Assembly (NCBI GenBank): GCA_036172245.1
Contig: JAYWIR010000004.1
Coordinates: 2,418,001 to 2,482,000 of the forward strand
Source of the DNA: Raillietiella orientalis
Taxonomy: Eukaryota
DNA length: 64,000 nucleotides
Direction: 5' to 3'
Shown here: positions 47,900 to 61,899 of the stretch, piece after piece
Position numbering within the stretch: the stretch's first letter is position 1
How the letters are laid out: each line of letters opens with the position of its first letter
The notes under the pieces: model-generated
The model's database searches: none
Told to the model about the DNA's origin: nothing
Seen by the model: only the letters and a program-made list of their open reading frames with translations
Translations under genes and position numbers: made by a program

Positions 47900-50200
47900 T
47901 TTTTTTCAGGGCGGGGGCAGTTCCGAGGTCACGCCGGGTGTATCTTGGTTGAGAGAGCCCAATAGTATGCCACAAAAGCATTCTGTTCCACTGACATTAA
48001 CGGAAGTAATGCAGGAAAATGTGTTGGCCATCCCATCATCTTTCATGGTCATGTAGTTGCTTCTCTGGTGTTACTAAGACCACTGGTTTTACTAAGACTG
48101 GGCTCCATGTCAGCCAATAATGCAGATTCTCCTTCTGGCAGTTCCAACTTGGAGAGGAGAAGAATCGAAAGAGTACCCAGCTAAGAAGTTCACCGCTGAC
48201 GGTTCACCATGTAGGAAAAGTATGTGTTCGATACAGATGCTGACCTTCGGGTGGAGGAAGTAGGGAAGACCAAAGCGAGGAGAATGTCCTCCTGGGTGTA
48301 TCCTCCAGAAGGCGGCTTTCACCTCTTTGTTATGCCATGAGGCATGAGAGGATGAGCGCACACTTCTCTCCTGCAGCCAAATGGCGACTCTGTACAACGT
48401 CTGCCAAAATCGCTCAAGTTTGAGCCTAAAGAGATGTCTCCCCATCTTCCTAGTGCTGAACGCCTCCCGAATGACTTGTCACTGTGCTTTTCCTGTTCTG
48501 CTCGAAGTGGAGTCGGGGAGTGGACGTTATCGAAGATGGGAGGAAGACTGGACCATTGCTGCGACAGAGGAGCGTCTTCGTACTTGGTCTTCTTCTTACA
48601 GAAAACAACTGTCAGAGAGGTTGGTTAGCAGCTGAGGGCTTCCGTGGGAATATGCCTTGTTCTTTCGCAAGAGGCTCCGAGAAAGTTGAAACTTCAAAGA
48701 AGTTCAGTTCTGAGGCGGGATCCTGGTTAAAGGAGATGTTCTATTCGTTTACCCGAGCTATGGATTTGCATGTTTTCCTCGAAGAGAATCGAGACGGAAG
48801 ACGAAGAAGCCTCAGGGCTATTGTGGTCACGCATAAAGAAAACAGCAGTGCGTGTTGCGGTTTTCAGCTTCCTCTCCATCAACTCCGGCTATTTCCAACG
48901 CATCATCTGATGAAGATTCGGACCATGGCCAGGCAGTTCGAGAACATTTCTTCCTTGGGCTTCTTTTTGCATCGATTACTGATCGGCTGCCTGACTCTTT
49001 TTCAAGACTAGTCAGAGTAAAAGACTCAAAATGAAGGCAAAATGGGAATTAACACAACATTTGTGGAAGGGCTTTGAGGATTCACGCTTCCTCGTTCTGT
49101 CCTCAGGATCCAACGTTCCTGAGAACTTGCAGCATTCTGTGGGCTGAGAATTTGCTTTGCCTGCTGTTTCTTTCTAGGTTCACAGAAGATGGATGCTGCA
49201 AGAGTTCCTTTGAATCTCGTGACTGGTGCGAGAACGCTTCGGCAATCAATCTGCCATCGCCATGAAGATCTCAGCATGCAAGGTGCTTGTGACGTGTCCT
49301 GCACCACACGAAGTCTGTCTCTTGGACTCGGGGTTGCACACACGAAACCAGCGCATTTGGGGCAGGGATCGCTGCGGGGCTAAACCAGCGGATAATTAGG
49401 AAGGGCAAAACAAACTGGAATTGTGCTCCTTCAAGTGGAGCAGAGAATCCTTTCTTCTCTACTTCTTCTCTACTTCTTCTTCCCTGACAAGTTGTAATTG
49501 GAGACTTACACAGAAAGCAGCTCCAAGCTTTTCCGTTCCCGTTCCTTCTTCCTTTCTTTCTCTTTGAGGAGCTTTGAGCACGAGGGTGTTCCTATAAGCT
49601 ATAAGCCTCACCAATAGAACTTCTCGAAAAGAAGGTCTGTACGGAAGCTTCTATTTTCTGGGGAATCACAAAGGTACAACTTCAAGTCTCTGCTTAAAGG
49701 ACACATGCCACGAGCGCACGATTAGCACGTTCGTTGTCACTGCCAATCGTATCCATGGCTTCAAAGCAGTAGCAGCTTCGAAGTCGTCTGCGGAATGAGA
49801 TTGCCTGTGCTTTCCGTGAAGAGTGCCAAATTTTTCCACCGTCAGCCTTTCCTTGGCCTCGGTGCACCTTCGTAAACGTTCCATCCGGGATAATGAGAAG
49901 CACCAAAGGTAACCCTTTGGAAAGACCCTCTTAGAAGATCAGTCATTTCTAAGCGATGATTTTCCATAGATAGGAAGCAAACTTGAAACAATGATCGTGA
50001 AATATATATTTGCACAATATTTTGTACGTCTATGGTATTATAAACAGAAAATATGTTCATCTTAGCAATAGAGGCAGAATCGTAGTAAATGTTGAATTCT
50101 GGTTTCCAGCCAAGCATGTGTTCATGGAAGGGTAGGCGACAGTTCAGCACAAGTTCCACGACCCATACTCTTATACGGTGGACGATAAAGTGACCTTAGA
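47900..50200 (+). mobile_element. Decayed L1/Tx1-like LINE (APE end plus RT)
   Basis: TCHCAFPVLLEV..RRWEED, EKVETSKKF, QDPTFLRTCSIL..SRF, EGVP/SPIEL and VTANRIHGF (YADD position). Confidence 0.5.
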
Positions 50201-50499
50201 TATTTCACGTGATGTCATGAACGATAGTTAAACGCTGAGGAGTAGCATTTTTCTCCTTTCGTCATCCGCACATTTCACACATCATCGCCATAACGAACGC
50301 CGTCCCCATTTACATCACAAAATCACTGCAAAGAGTTTCTCACTAACAATTGGGAAAACGTGGTCAGGTGCACAACATCCAGGGTTTCTCCCAAAGTCGA
50401 AGCGCAGAAGCTCAAGAGTGGCCGATTTCTGGTCAGGAAAGACGCTCATGATAATTGAGAATGGGATCGCTGCGGGGCTAAACCAACGGAGAAAGAAGG

Positions 50500-52520
50500 G
50501 AATGGCAGAATACAGGGAGATATCGCGGGAGCCTCTGATGATTGTCCGGAAGGCAGTTGTCACTTTTAAACAGGTCACGAACACGCGAGAGCAATGAAGG
50601 CGGCGTCTCCTCAAACGAAGCCCTGGGGAAGGCCCCCAGAGTGGAAATTTCCGAAATGCCGAGAAAGATCTCGCAGATGCAAGGAGATCTACAGCGCTCC
50701 GCCATGGTTCCGACGCTCCATCCCGGAATTAAAAACACGAGTGCTCTCCAGTGGTAGTGCATTTTGGTGTTGGCTTCCGCTCCGCCACATCCGAGAGAGC
50801 AGACCGCCTGCCGTCGTGCCCATCGGCCTTTTCGCGTCTTCGCTTCGCAGAGGGAGCGCCGAGTGGGGCCTTGCAGTTTCACCTTCTTCACGAGGACATC
50901 CTGGCTACTCTTTGACCGATCTCGCGCTCGGTTCGCCTCTCCGACACAGCTCTGTCCCAGATGGGTGGGCTGCGCAGCACCCCTGAGGAACTCACGTGGG
51001 ATGCTGTGTCGTTCGTGGTCCAGATGACCGAAACTGCTTCGTCCTGATTAGCCGTTGGGGGCTGGGGAATACGGCCTGCTGTCACCATGCGGAAAAGCGC
51101 AGTTCCGGTCGGTAGGCTTTGTGCTGGTGGTCGGGGGCGATGGCAGTGGTGGTGGAGGAGGGACGAGGGGGAGCGTTTGGAAATAGGCAGCGTGCAGGCT
51201 CCCCAGGATGGGTCGAATGAGCGCCCGGGGAGGGCGGCGCGTAGCCGTCCGTCTGCCCTTCGTCTCGACATGACCACTTCCTTTTCGATAAGGACTTGGA
51301 TCGATTGCGGGTAGGAAAGGATGCGAGAAATCCTCCGTACGGGCAAACCGCGTTACTGGGTCAGCTTCGGGTGCTGCTGGGTCGCAGAGCACGAGCGTCA
51401 ATTCGGGTCAGTTACACCCTCTGCTGGCGTTGCACGCTTCATTACACGCTCCGCACTCTGGAATTCCTTTCTTGTTCCGGGTCCCGGGCGTTTGAAAATG
51501 GTCCAACAGAACCATTAGGCGCCATCGTGCCACTGCAACGATCCCACTCTTTTCCCCACCTTCGCTTTCCCCCTCTTTGGGCCTTGGGAAAGAGGTTGCT
51601 CTTACTGGACAGCGTGTGCCGGTACTTTGCCAGCCCACCCACGGCAACTCACGCGTTTTTCGAGGAGATGCCTCGAAACCAGAACCCAGTCGGTTCGCTG
51701 CGCATGAAACCGTCACAGCGAATCACTCCTTCCCGCCTTTCCTCCCTTCCCCCCCCACTGGAACGCCTCGCAAACAACACTGCCGTGGTTTAGCAGGGAA
51801 AAGAGCAAACGGTGATTTGGAGAGAGGGAGCAGCATTGAGGAAGCTGGACGTTCCCTCTGGAGAGAAAAGGAAGCTGAGCAGACAAAAAAAGGATGATCT
51901 GCGGCTTGAATGCTGGTTCCGAACGCGTGGAGCAGGTGGGAGGAGGGATGCTCCGGAACCCACCTGCAAGCAAGCATTTCCGGTCATATTCGAAGCGAAC
52001 CACACGAATCTTCCGAGGGACCGTCGAAGATGGTGCAAAACGTGTTAGCGTGGGAGCTGGAAGATCTCCAAGGATAGTTAGCTAGCCTTTGATGATCTCC
52101 CAGTTCGGATGCTGGAAACATTCTCCATCGAAGACGTCACTGGCTGAGGTCGCTCGCTTAAGGAAGGAGGTCATTTGACCACCTTCTTCCCATGTTTCCA
52201 CACCAGGGAATTCCGACCGCCACCGAACCGTTCACGGGACCTTGCAGGATCTCTTGCTTTACAGGCAAGTGACAAAGTCCGGTCCTTGGAAGATGATCTT
52301 CTACGGATGGATTGCAGCAGTGGTGTAGCACTGTCGGAAGCAAGTCTCTACTCTGCTTATAGGAGAAGAAGTCTTGCTCCTGGGATTTCGGTGCATGGTC
52401 CACTCCTCATCTTGGATGGGGACCAACCCCGCCCCAATATCTATTTCCTCCCATTGCGGGAGCACCGTTCTTCCATCCGTTTCCGGAACAGCGCACAGAT
52501 GCCAAGGAATCTGTAGCTCT
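50500..52520 (+). mobile_element. Decayed L1/Tx1-like LINE (ORF1 plus APE plus linker)
   Basis: EISEMPRKI..HPGIKN, GPCSF knuckle, ORF2 start MTTSFSIRTWIDCG, LLLDSVCRY..AFFEEM, RKLD and ALSEA..LAPG. Confidence 0.55.
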
Positions 52521-52559
52521 TGAAACGCCGGGAGGGAGCTCAGGGCTAGAGTGCACAGC

Positions 52560-52860
52560 TGATGCACTCATGTACGGTTCAGTTCCACACACGTAGGTTT
52601 TCACGTGTTCCTGTGCATCTACATTTAGATGGACACGTGCGAGTGTATACCTAAAAATGTCATTCTTTGGTGTACCTTTCTACGTGTTCAGGTATACATG
52701 TGAACACGTCCTGTAATGCACATGCGAATGCTTGAACAGCATCGCTCACAGACGCATCTGAATGTGAGAATGCACGGATATAAGTGTGCTGTATGCTGCA
52801 CACCATGCACACAGGTGCATGGTGCGCATAATGTGAACAATAAAGAACGCGTATGTAGAA
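52560..52860. repeat. Degenerate alternating purine-pyrimidine (CA/TG-rich) tract with a small hairpin
   Basis: Dense cacac/gtgt/acgt words and CACCATGCAC-acag-GTGCATGGTG near 52800. Confidence 0.5.
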
Positions 52861-54899
52861 TACAATAAGGAACATCGAAGTTACAGATGGAAAATGAAAT
52901 GCATTCATCTTGCTGGGATTTTGGTGTTCAGAACAGCTTCCGTAGGGAAATGGGTTCTTAACAGGAACGCATATTTCTCTTCTTTCCTCTTGGTTTGGCT
53001 CCCATCCGAATTTCAATTCCCGGTCCACCGCTTGTGTTCACCCACTTGCGCATCTTCCTCGTAGCCTGGGAATCCCTTGTTTTCCACACCGTCAGAAGCC
53101 AGGAAAAGCCATCCGACCGCTCCGCGAGGTCCCTTGGGCAACTTTTGGAATCTTGCCAATCCCATATTTTGCACCTTCCTCGCTTCCTGCTTTCGAGTTC
53201 TCGAAAGCTCCACCTGCACTTCTGACTTCTCGTTGATGAAGTCATCCTGTTTCTTCATGCCGATTGAATCTCTGCATTCATCTCGTTCTTTGGTTTGCAT
53301 CTGCATACCTCGCTTATTTTTCTCTCTTTCCTGTTTCTTCTTCATGGCCATTTTATCGCCGTGTCGTGACTCTTCTCCCGAAATCAGGACCGAGGTTTCC
53401 TCCATTGCATTAAAAAATCCCGCGTGATCAGTGAGATCTGACCAGCAGCAGGGAGAAAACAGGAGAAGGGAGATGGACCGAAAACGAAGCCGAGATACTC
53501 CATTAAGGAAAATGAATAAATAAATCACCCATAGGATTTTACTAGCCTCTCATCTGATAGATCTCGAAGCGACACTCCTGACCCCTCAAAAATTGGAATT
53601 TTCCTTCGAAGAATTTTCAAAGAATAAACTGATTCGCGTTGCTGCTCAGTGATGGAAAATGAGGAGGTTTTTAAGAAGAAGGCACTGCCATGCAACATAC
53701 CCATGTAATGGGAATAGCAACGGATGCTGCATTCATCACTTAATGTGAGGTGCGCTGCTTCAATAGGAGCACCGGGACACGCAGCACATGCAACGTGAGC
53801 GACGCATTTACGTGGCTACCGGCTGGGATTGACGTGCTGTTCTCTGGAGGCCTACCTAGTGGGAGAGCCCCGAGTGACCTGGAAGTGAAGACAATCGGCA
53901 CGATTTTTGCTTCGATTCAGCCCAGGGGTCTCCAGCTTTGCCTTGGATGGACAAGGACATGCAGACGAATTTTTTTTTCAAACAGCCAATCTACTTCCAT
54001 ATATTTCTTTTTTGTTATCTACAGGTTCTCAAAACTTATGTGGTGTTTTCTTTTTTTTTGAAAAAGGCAAATTTCGACTGGTTCTTCCAGCCTTGATGGA
54101 CCCTTTCGATCCAACAACACGGTGCCCTTCGTACGTAGCACTCTGGTAGTACACGAATCGTTCCGTTCAAACACGTCGACTACCTTGAAGACTTTCTCGT
54201 CTGACTGATGCTGTTTCGAGAGGCGGTTCCACGCACACTTTTCTTCATTATATATATACTTCATTATACATATTTCTTCCTTCTTCTGTGGGAACGACCA
54301 TCAAGATCACGGTTGCTTTTCCTTCCCACCAGGATCATCGTCTTGCGCTGCATTTGGAAAAAAAACCTCCCATTCTGCATGCTCCCTACTATAAGAAAAG
54401 GACCAATGATAGAAAGCTCTGATAATCGCTCCTGCCATCAAACAGGCAAACGGAAACGAGCGCTCTCCACAGACGAGATCGTGGGATGGAGTTCATCCAA
54501 CTTAGCATGCAAGATGACTACGATATAACGAATTGATTCAGAGCAAACATGCAGATCTTTGTTTGTTCTTTGGATTGTTTGTTCTTTTTTTTAAAAAAAA
54601 AATTCGAGATGTTTACTTCCCAAGTGTGTGCGCACGCGCGTGTGTTTTCCTGCCGCCGTTCCAATTCTCTTTGTTGCTTGATTTAAGCTGTTTCTTCCGA
54701 GTCAAGGAAGAATCACTGCCGACACCATTACGTTGGAATATCACCATTCCCCGTTCGAATCCCATAAAAGTTTTCGAGGACGAGCTTCCCATTGACGCAT
54801 GCCGCCCCTATTGTTCAAAGCATGCTTCGTTGGTGAAAACGTCTTTGCCGCCTAGACCCATCCAGCCTCCCCGAGCTGCACGGAACGACACACGCCACA

Positions 54900-57800
54900 A
54901 ACTCTTCGAGCCAATCTTTCTTCTTCTACCTCGAGCGTCAACCACACTAGCCAAACTCCAATTTTATTTCATTTTTCCAAACAGAAAAGTGGAAGGGTCG
55001 AATTCTCAACCGGACGCAGCTATGAAACAACGTGGTAGCTGAGGTAGCTGAGGAACCAGAAACAAAAAGGTGGTCTGTTAGCAGTGGCCCCATAGGCAGG
55101 CCACACGCATCGGTTTCAGAAAAGCAGTTCGTTGAAGTTAGCACTTCCTGGAGCTTCCCAAAGATCGGCCACTCTCGAATCCAATGCGAACTGACCTTAT
55201 AAACAGCAGGATTCTGGACGCTCACGTATGGAAAGGGTCAAGTGGACTTAAAGCGCCGAATATAGAAAGGTTGATCGGTCTCTGTAGCCACCCATTAACC
55301 TCCCAGCTACCTACACGCTTCGAACGGTTGACCTTGTTTACCTCGCTGTCGGGAAAGACGCGGTCTCCGGTCTAGCTCGAGGGTGCCTCTCACCTCGAAG
55401 CCCACCGCGAGACTTGCCGTCCTCGGATAGAACCCCTAGGTGCTCCGGTGGGTTCGGACTCTTTTCCGCCACCGGACCCTTGGACGAGGATCTGATCCGA
55501 ACTTGACTCCCCTTCAGGGCGGTGTTGCCGCCCTCGCGGCTCCGCTGGAATCCAAGCGCCTCCTCAACGAATCCCTTTAGGGGCGACGCGCGGATTCCGA
55601 AAACCCGGAAATCTCCGAGCCGGTCGTACCAGAAGCCAAGCTCGCCAGCAGCTCCTTTGAGTGTCGCCGCAGCCATTCGGATCGCCCAGAAACCCCGCAT
55701 GAACCCTAGACGGGAGATCCCTGACCTCTGTCTCGCTCACGCAGAGTGCGTGCGGTGTCAGCAAACGACGACGAAGCTCTTCGGAGATGGAAGAACGCCC
55801 GGCCGCCGCATCACTGCGTCCTAGCGGTACCCGCTCGAAGGGAGGACGCTGGCTGGCTACCGTGATGATCGGACCCATTTTTTCCTTCTACGCACTGATT
55901 GCGTTGCACCACCTCCGCTCCCTGCTAAAATGCGAGCGAATGCGTAAACTTCGAGAACATTCGGGTCATTTTTTGTTTTTATTTTTTCCTATTGAGAGAG
56001 AGAGAAAAAAAAAAAGCGAAGATGGGATGCGAATGTAGAGCATCGAGGGTTCCACCGATGCAGCTTCCGAACTTTGCCGGCAGGCGCCCATACAAAGCGC
56101 TTTCTCCGGAAAGAAGAGGAACAGTCCACAATGTCCGGGAGGGTTGAAGATTTCGTCCCGAATCCTCCCACCCCAAGGGACAACGCAATGGGAAACAAAA
56201 ACAGCCGATTTTCGGGGAAAATTCCGTTTGCGCTTGTGATACCCCTGGAAAGGGTGAACGAGAAGATGAGCGGAGGAGAGCAGGGGAGGCAAGTGGCTGC
56301 AGCAACGAAAGCAAGGCGACACGACCTGCGCTGCGAGTGTCCCCATAACCGGTCTGCACGTAGGAGGCCGGTCGTGGAGTTGACTCCCTGGGCTACAGTT
56401 GCCTGAAGGGAGTAGGGAGGTCTCACGTGGATTTTCTTCCATCCTCCTCCTACGGATGAAGGGAACACAAGGAGCTGGAGATACTTTACTCGGTCAGAGA
56501 CGTCTTGCGGGCTACGTGGACGCGTACGTGGGATCTTGAGGCGAATTTCCTTTTTCCCTTCGCTCGCCGAAACCCTCATCGAACAGATGATGTCATCTGT
56601 CTCGGATCATCAAGCTGCTAGATGCATTTCCTCCGGAAGAGATAAGATCCATGAGAAGTAGAAGTTCAAAGAGAATCTGGAGGACAAGGGATGCATCACA
56701 AAAGCAGACGCTCCTGTGCTCTGCAGTAACAAGCAGCTCCCTATTGCTGCTGGAAGAGCGACCGTTGCGGATCACAAAGATCTCTCTCCCCCTTTCTTCC
56801 TCGCCCGCGACGTCGGATGCGGATGGGTTGGCGTCCATGCAAAATGAACCATGACCGTGGATGACTACGAGATGTCTGGAGGTGCAGAAGTTTGCTATAA
56901 ATACGGAGGAAGTTCAGGGGACGGCAGGGACGTCTTATAAAAGGTGGCGGCACTCGGCACGAAAGAGCATCCGGCAGTCGTCTGGTGAGCGTAGAGGCGG
57001 CAGGAACCGGAAGAAGGGCGGCGGGTCGCCAGAGAGGACGAGGTGAGCCGTCCCGCTCGCTCAACGTTCCAGGTGACCCAGCGAAGGAATCAGCCTTGAG
57101 CCGTGCGGGACTTCAGCGGGGATTCGAACGTCGCAGGTGCACGGACTCCTCCGCCTCCCCAGACACTTCGGAAGCTGCTCGAAGGGAGATCTTCGACAAG
57201 ATGAACCTCCCGAGGATGCTGAGGTGGCAACTGAGAGAGAATTCCTGGAAATATTACTTGCCATCAGAGGCGGAGGGGGGAAAGAAACGAGGGTGAATCC
57301 GTGCTCCGATGAAACATCTCGGAAGATGAGCGATTTCTTCATCTGAGGGGGAGGACAGCACCAGGAGCGCACGAAACCGGATTACCCATCCCATTCCCGC
57401 GAGCGGGTGGGCTTGAAGCTTCCGGGCAAGCCTCCCCGCGCTTTCAAGACAACCTGCGAGGCGATGGACAACCGTTCGATGAGTGACCAGTTTCGTCCTG
57501 TTGCGCGCTCTCTCAAGTGCGAGGGCTTCCTTCTTGGTTTCGTGAAGCTGCCTCCATCGCCTCAAGAGGGAGGACGAGGACTTCATTTCCTCTTTTCCAG
57601 GTGGAAGGAGGGGCATGCGCGAGAATGGCAGTATGGGTGGCAGGAAGAACGAATAAAAGACCACCGGCGGCAGAGACCTGCAGTGCCTTCGAATGTGACC
57701 AGGCGGACACCCAATCAGAACCAATGGTATCTTCCAAGAGACGCAGTGTGCGCTTCTACGGAGATAGTGGAGAGAAGCGCTCGCTCCCTCCCTTCTTCCT

Positions 57801-59400
57801 CCGCTCCTCCAACGAGGATAAACCCTAACTTTCTCTCTGCTCTTGCCAAGTGTTTGGACACCCAAAACCTCTGGACGAATGTCTCCGAGTTTCTCCTAAG
57901 AGGGAAAAGGGGGAGTCTGCACCCAGCCGCTAGGAAGGAATCCACGCGTCCGGATAGGGGTTGAAGGAAGAGCAAGTGGGCATCCTGTGGTGTCTGACGA
58001 CCGGCGCCCTCCCACGGCTGGCACGATGCAGCAGAAGACGTCGTCGTCACGGAAACCCAGCCTCCGATGTGGAAGGAGAAACTTCCGATGCGGAACCGAT
58101 CGCTGTGGCCGTGAACCGCTCGAGCTGCTGCTCTCTGGACCAAGCAGTTCAACAAGCTGGTGTTTTGTGTTTCCGATGCTCGAGGCTGTGCTCTTCAAGG
58201 CGACACTGCGCATGGTGTTCAGGAAGGTTGCCAATGTATACAACAAAAAACTCTTTGGAAAAGCAAAGGGGAAACCGTGAAGGCGCAGAAAGGAGCAGCT
58301 GTACTTGAGTTTTACCCCTTCCGGTTACAAGGGGACGCCTGGGCTGCTATTAGCAAGACGCCTCAATTATCTCCTCCCCTCCTCCCTCCCTCCGTCACAT
58401 GCAAAATCTTGCATGCGTGGATTTAGGCGTCGAGATGTGGATTTGAGGAGTCGATCCAAAGTCAATAGGTTTGCCCGTTACGATGTGAGATCTTTCGGAG
58501 ATTCCATCTCTCAACTCCCCTGCATAGCTCCTTGTCCTGGGGGAGCAGAAAAGCCATCCGCTCCGAGAGTTCAGAAGAGGCTCTCAAGAGGATGCGTTTA
58601 GTCCCTCTTCTCCGGAGATCTGTCAATTCGGATGGGCACCTTCAGCCGTGGTGTCCGCACGAGGGACAAGGGGCCGACCTGTCTTTCAAGTGGACCGACC
58701 GGGTATTCCCATGTTTGCTGAGGGTTCCAAGTGTCTCGCTCCGAGAGAAGCTCAGACTGTTCCAAATTTTTGCGAGGGAGACGTTGAAGAATCAAGGTAT
58801 CTGACCAGCTAGAATTGGTGGCCTTTTTCGGAGAGCAACAGGATCCGTTTCAGGACCGTGCTCTGCACTGCCGAGGGATTTGCAGTCCTCTCTTGCAGCC
58901 GGGGAGCCTCACTTCGCCGCCGCAACCCGTTTCCGAGGGGTTTCCTTCCCTGAGCTCTTCTGGGACAACTCCTGGCTCTTGAGTCGTCGTCGTCGCTGTC
59001 GAGAGGGAGAACGAGGCGAGAAGACGAACAGAACTCTGAGGAGGGGAAGGTCGGAAGATACAGCAGCTGGCAGATGCACCTGAAGCCGCGCAGTTCAAGT
59101 CTCATCATCATCGTTTAGGTGAGTGACCGTTTTTGATTCGCGGAAATCCTCGTTCGATGGGCGGCAGCACCCGACTTTCCATATGCTCGAAGGGATGCTC
59201 TTCCTAGTCGAACAGCTTTCTTAATATCGAAAACTGAGAACATCTTCTCTTCCACATCGCTGCTGATGAGAGCAGCGTTCTCTGCTGGCTGCGACACGCC
59301 TCAGTGAGACGAGGGAATGCGAAGCGAAACTATCTGTTCTTCGCCTTTGAAGCTGTGACGCCGTTCTTAACAAGAGCGAGCTGCTCCCTATGACTTGGCT
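54900..59400 (-). mobile_element. Near full-length decayed L1/Tx1-like LINE
   Basis: ORF1 QLLYLPTFPSSEF..GNGLR..LLSEKGHQ; SLPPVVFYSFF; ILHGRQPIRIRRRGRGRKG (NG...RGVRQG); VCFCDASLV (YADD); RVKYLQL; LSLGVGGFG (GGLG); DACGL..TDHLFVS (zinc finger). Confidence 0.7.
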
Positions 59401-61899
59401 TTCGGATTTCACTGTCTTTTCGGAAGATTCCAAGGTTCCTGCTAAATTGACGTATCCACCATGTGTTGATCGTCAAATACCTATCAGGCACCTGCCACTA
59501 GTTGATTTATTGCCTAAAGCTTCAGAATGATAGCTTTTATCTTCATATATTACTCTGTGTTGTGATAACATGCTATATGGGCACATTTATTCGCAAATAC
59601 AGTTTCCCTGCAATCATAGTATAAGTCGAGAATGATTTTTTTGTTCAGGCAGCTTCACACACTTGGGCGTGTGACACATACGCACTTGCACGTAAATCAC
59701 AGGCGTGCCTCCAAAAATATGTAAATGCTTGATTTTGCTTTCAAAGAAGGAGATTGGGAATCGAAATTCACTAAGGTTTGCTACGTAAGCAGGGGGGAGG
59801 CGGGAGTTCGATAAAGGTGTTCTCAGCAGATGTCGTTTTTAACTGTATGAAATCCGATCGCCGGGCTTTTGCTGACCGAGCGCGCGAAGCAGCCAGCAGC
59901 TGCATTTACGTGACTGGTCACGCTGGTCACGTCTCAGGTCTGTTCTAAATCCTCTTCTGTCAGTGTAACATACTCTTAAGGCTGACGGCGTGCGTCATCT
60001 CGCGGAGAGTTCCCAAACTACCAAGCAGTCGACCCCGCGTGTGCTTCTAAGTGCTGCGTAATATCACCGTGATGTTTTTGATCTGCTAGCGTGTCCAATG
60101 CAGTCAGTTTGCTTGCTTACGTATGAAAAAAAAAAAAAAAAAGCCTGTGATTAAATGCTTTCTCTCTACACATGATGGAAGCTCTCTCATATCCGAGTAA
60201 TGTGCATCCTCCGGATACGTGTAAGAAGAAATTTCGTTTTTTTAATCTACCCTGAGTCACGGTTCTCCAAATGTACCACACTCTGATTCCAGTGGATGTA
60301 CCGGTTGGATCAGTCGACTGAATCCAAGTTTGCTGGGAGTCTGGATCGCGCCTACTGCTCGAGCCCATCGGGAGGACCAACTGTCATCGTACGAAGCGCA
60401 ATGAAGAACGGCAGGAATTCTTCAATTAGGGTTTCTGGTCGCCGGAAAAACAGACCAGAGGGAAAGCAATCGGAACATTCCACAGCGAATACTTAGCGAG
60501 ACTTGGCTGCTGTTCCACGGATTGACGATCCACGTAAGCGAGAAACTCCAGGAAACTGCAACGGAAGCATGGAGATATCACGGAAGAAGTAAGAAAGGGA
60601 ACAAAACGCTGCAGTTCAAGTACTTTTCCCAGAAACAGATTTGTTTCTATAGCTTTTTTTCTTCCCTGCGGATTTCCTTGGACACCACTTCCAAAACACT
60701 CTGCAGAAGAGTCCAGTGAATGGTTTTCTTTCTTTCCGAAAAACGGGAATCCATGGCAACATTTCTTTGGAGACTGGAAATCGAGCCATTTCTGCGACGG
60801 AGTTTACTCAACGCATTTATTTGATATTCTTGGTCTTTGCCTTCTCGAGACAGTCTCAGAGAGGCTCTCTAAGCATCCGAGACCGACCCATTGTCTGAAA
60901 ATTGTCAGGATCGAGACGTTGACCGTGATTTAGGTAACTGTTAACTGCGAGGGAGAGAGAGGAAAAAAAAAAGGAAATGAAAATAAGAATAAAATGGGTA
61001 CACGGGGGAGGGGATGTTAAGACGATTGAAGAGCGAAATTCTCAGCCCGAGCCTCTTAAGATGGTGGTGTGTAGTAATTAGAATCCCTAACTGTGTCACA
61101 CAGTCACTCGTGAGTTGGATCCGAGACCTGTTCTTGGCTCGCAGCACGCGAACGGTGTTTCCCATGGCAGTAACCTCAGTGCCTACTTAGGTGGACAGGC
61201 ACGAACGCATCGCGGTGGAAGGCACGAGAAAACCACTGAGCATGAAATTAAAGAGAGGCGCTTGCAGCTACCAGAGGTGACCAACAAAAAAGAAAAGAAA
61301 AGTCTGTCATGAAATGAAGAGTTTCCCTTTAGGTCAACAAACTCCATTTTTACGAATGAGGTCACCAGAATGTTCCGTGTACGTTCTGGAGGGATGACTG
61401 TCGCCGCCCTCACAGCCTTCCCTCCGTTCCCTTTGTCAGGATGCGGCGGCCTCGAGCGCCGCCGCTTCCCCGCCAGGCGCGCGCGCGCGCGCCGCTCTCC
61501 GTCGCTTTCCGAGAGTTGCCACGACCGCAACGGCGTAACCCAGCGCAACTGGAATACCTTCGGAGCCGGAGAGGAAGGAAGCGTCCCGAGGGCCGCAGAG
61601 AAGTCTCTCGGGGTGGCCAGCTGGAGACCCGAGTTTCCGCACTGTGGAGTTTTCCTGCGGATCGGGCGGGGCAGGCGACCCCCCCCCCCCCCAAAAAAAA
61701 AAAAAAAAAACACCCGACCTTTATAAGCAAACGTGTTCTCGTTTCGTGGTGGTAACCTAGAAACCGCAAGTTCTTGACCGCAAAAATGGAAGTGTGGACG
61801 GCGGAGCAGGTTGGGAAAAGCGTCGTCGAGAATAGCAGCAGAGAGCGAAGCTCGCAGAACGGGAACTCGGAGACGTCGGATGCGAAATCGATTTTCCCA

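Noticed and set aside
53013..53528. Charged 171-aa minus-strand ORF
   Set aside because: It is low-complexity, with no domain or splice support, and could not be assigned to a gene or element.
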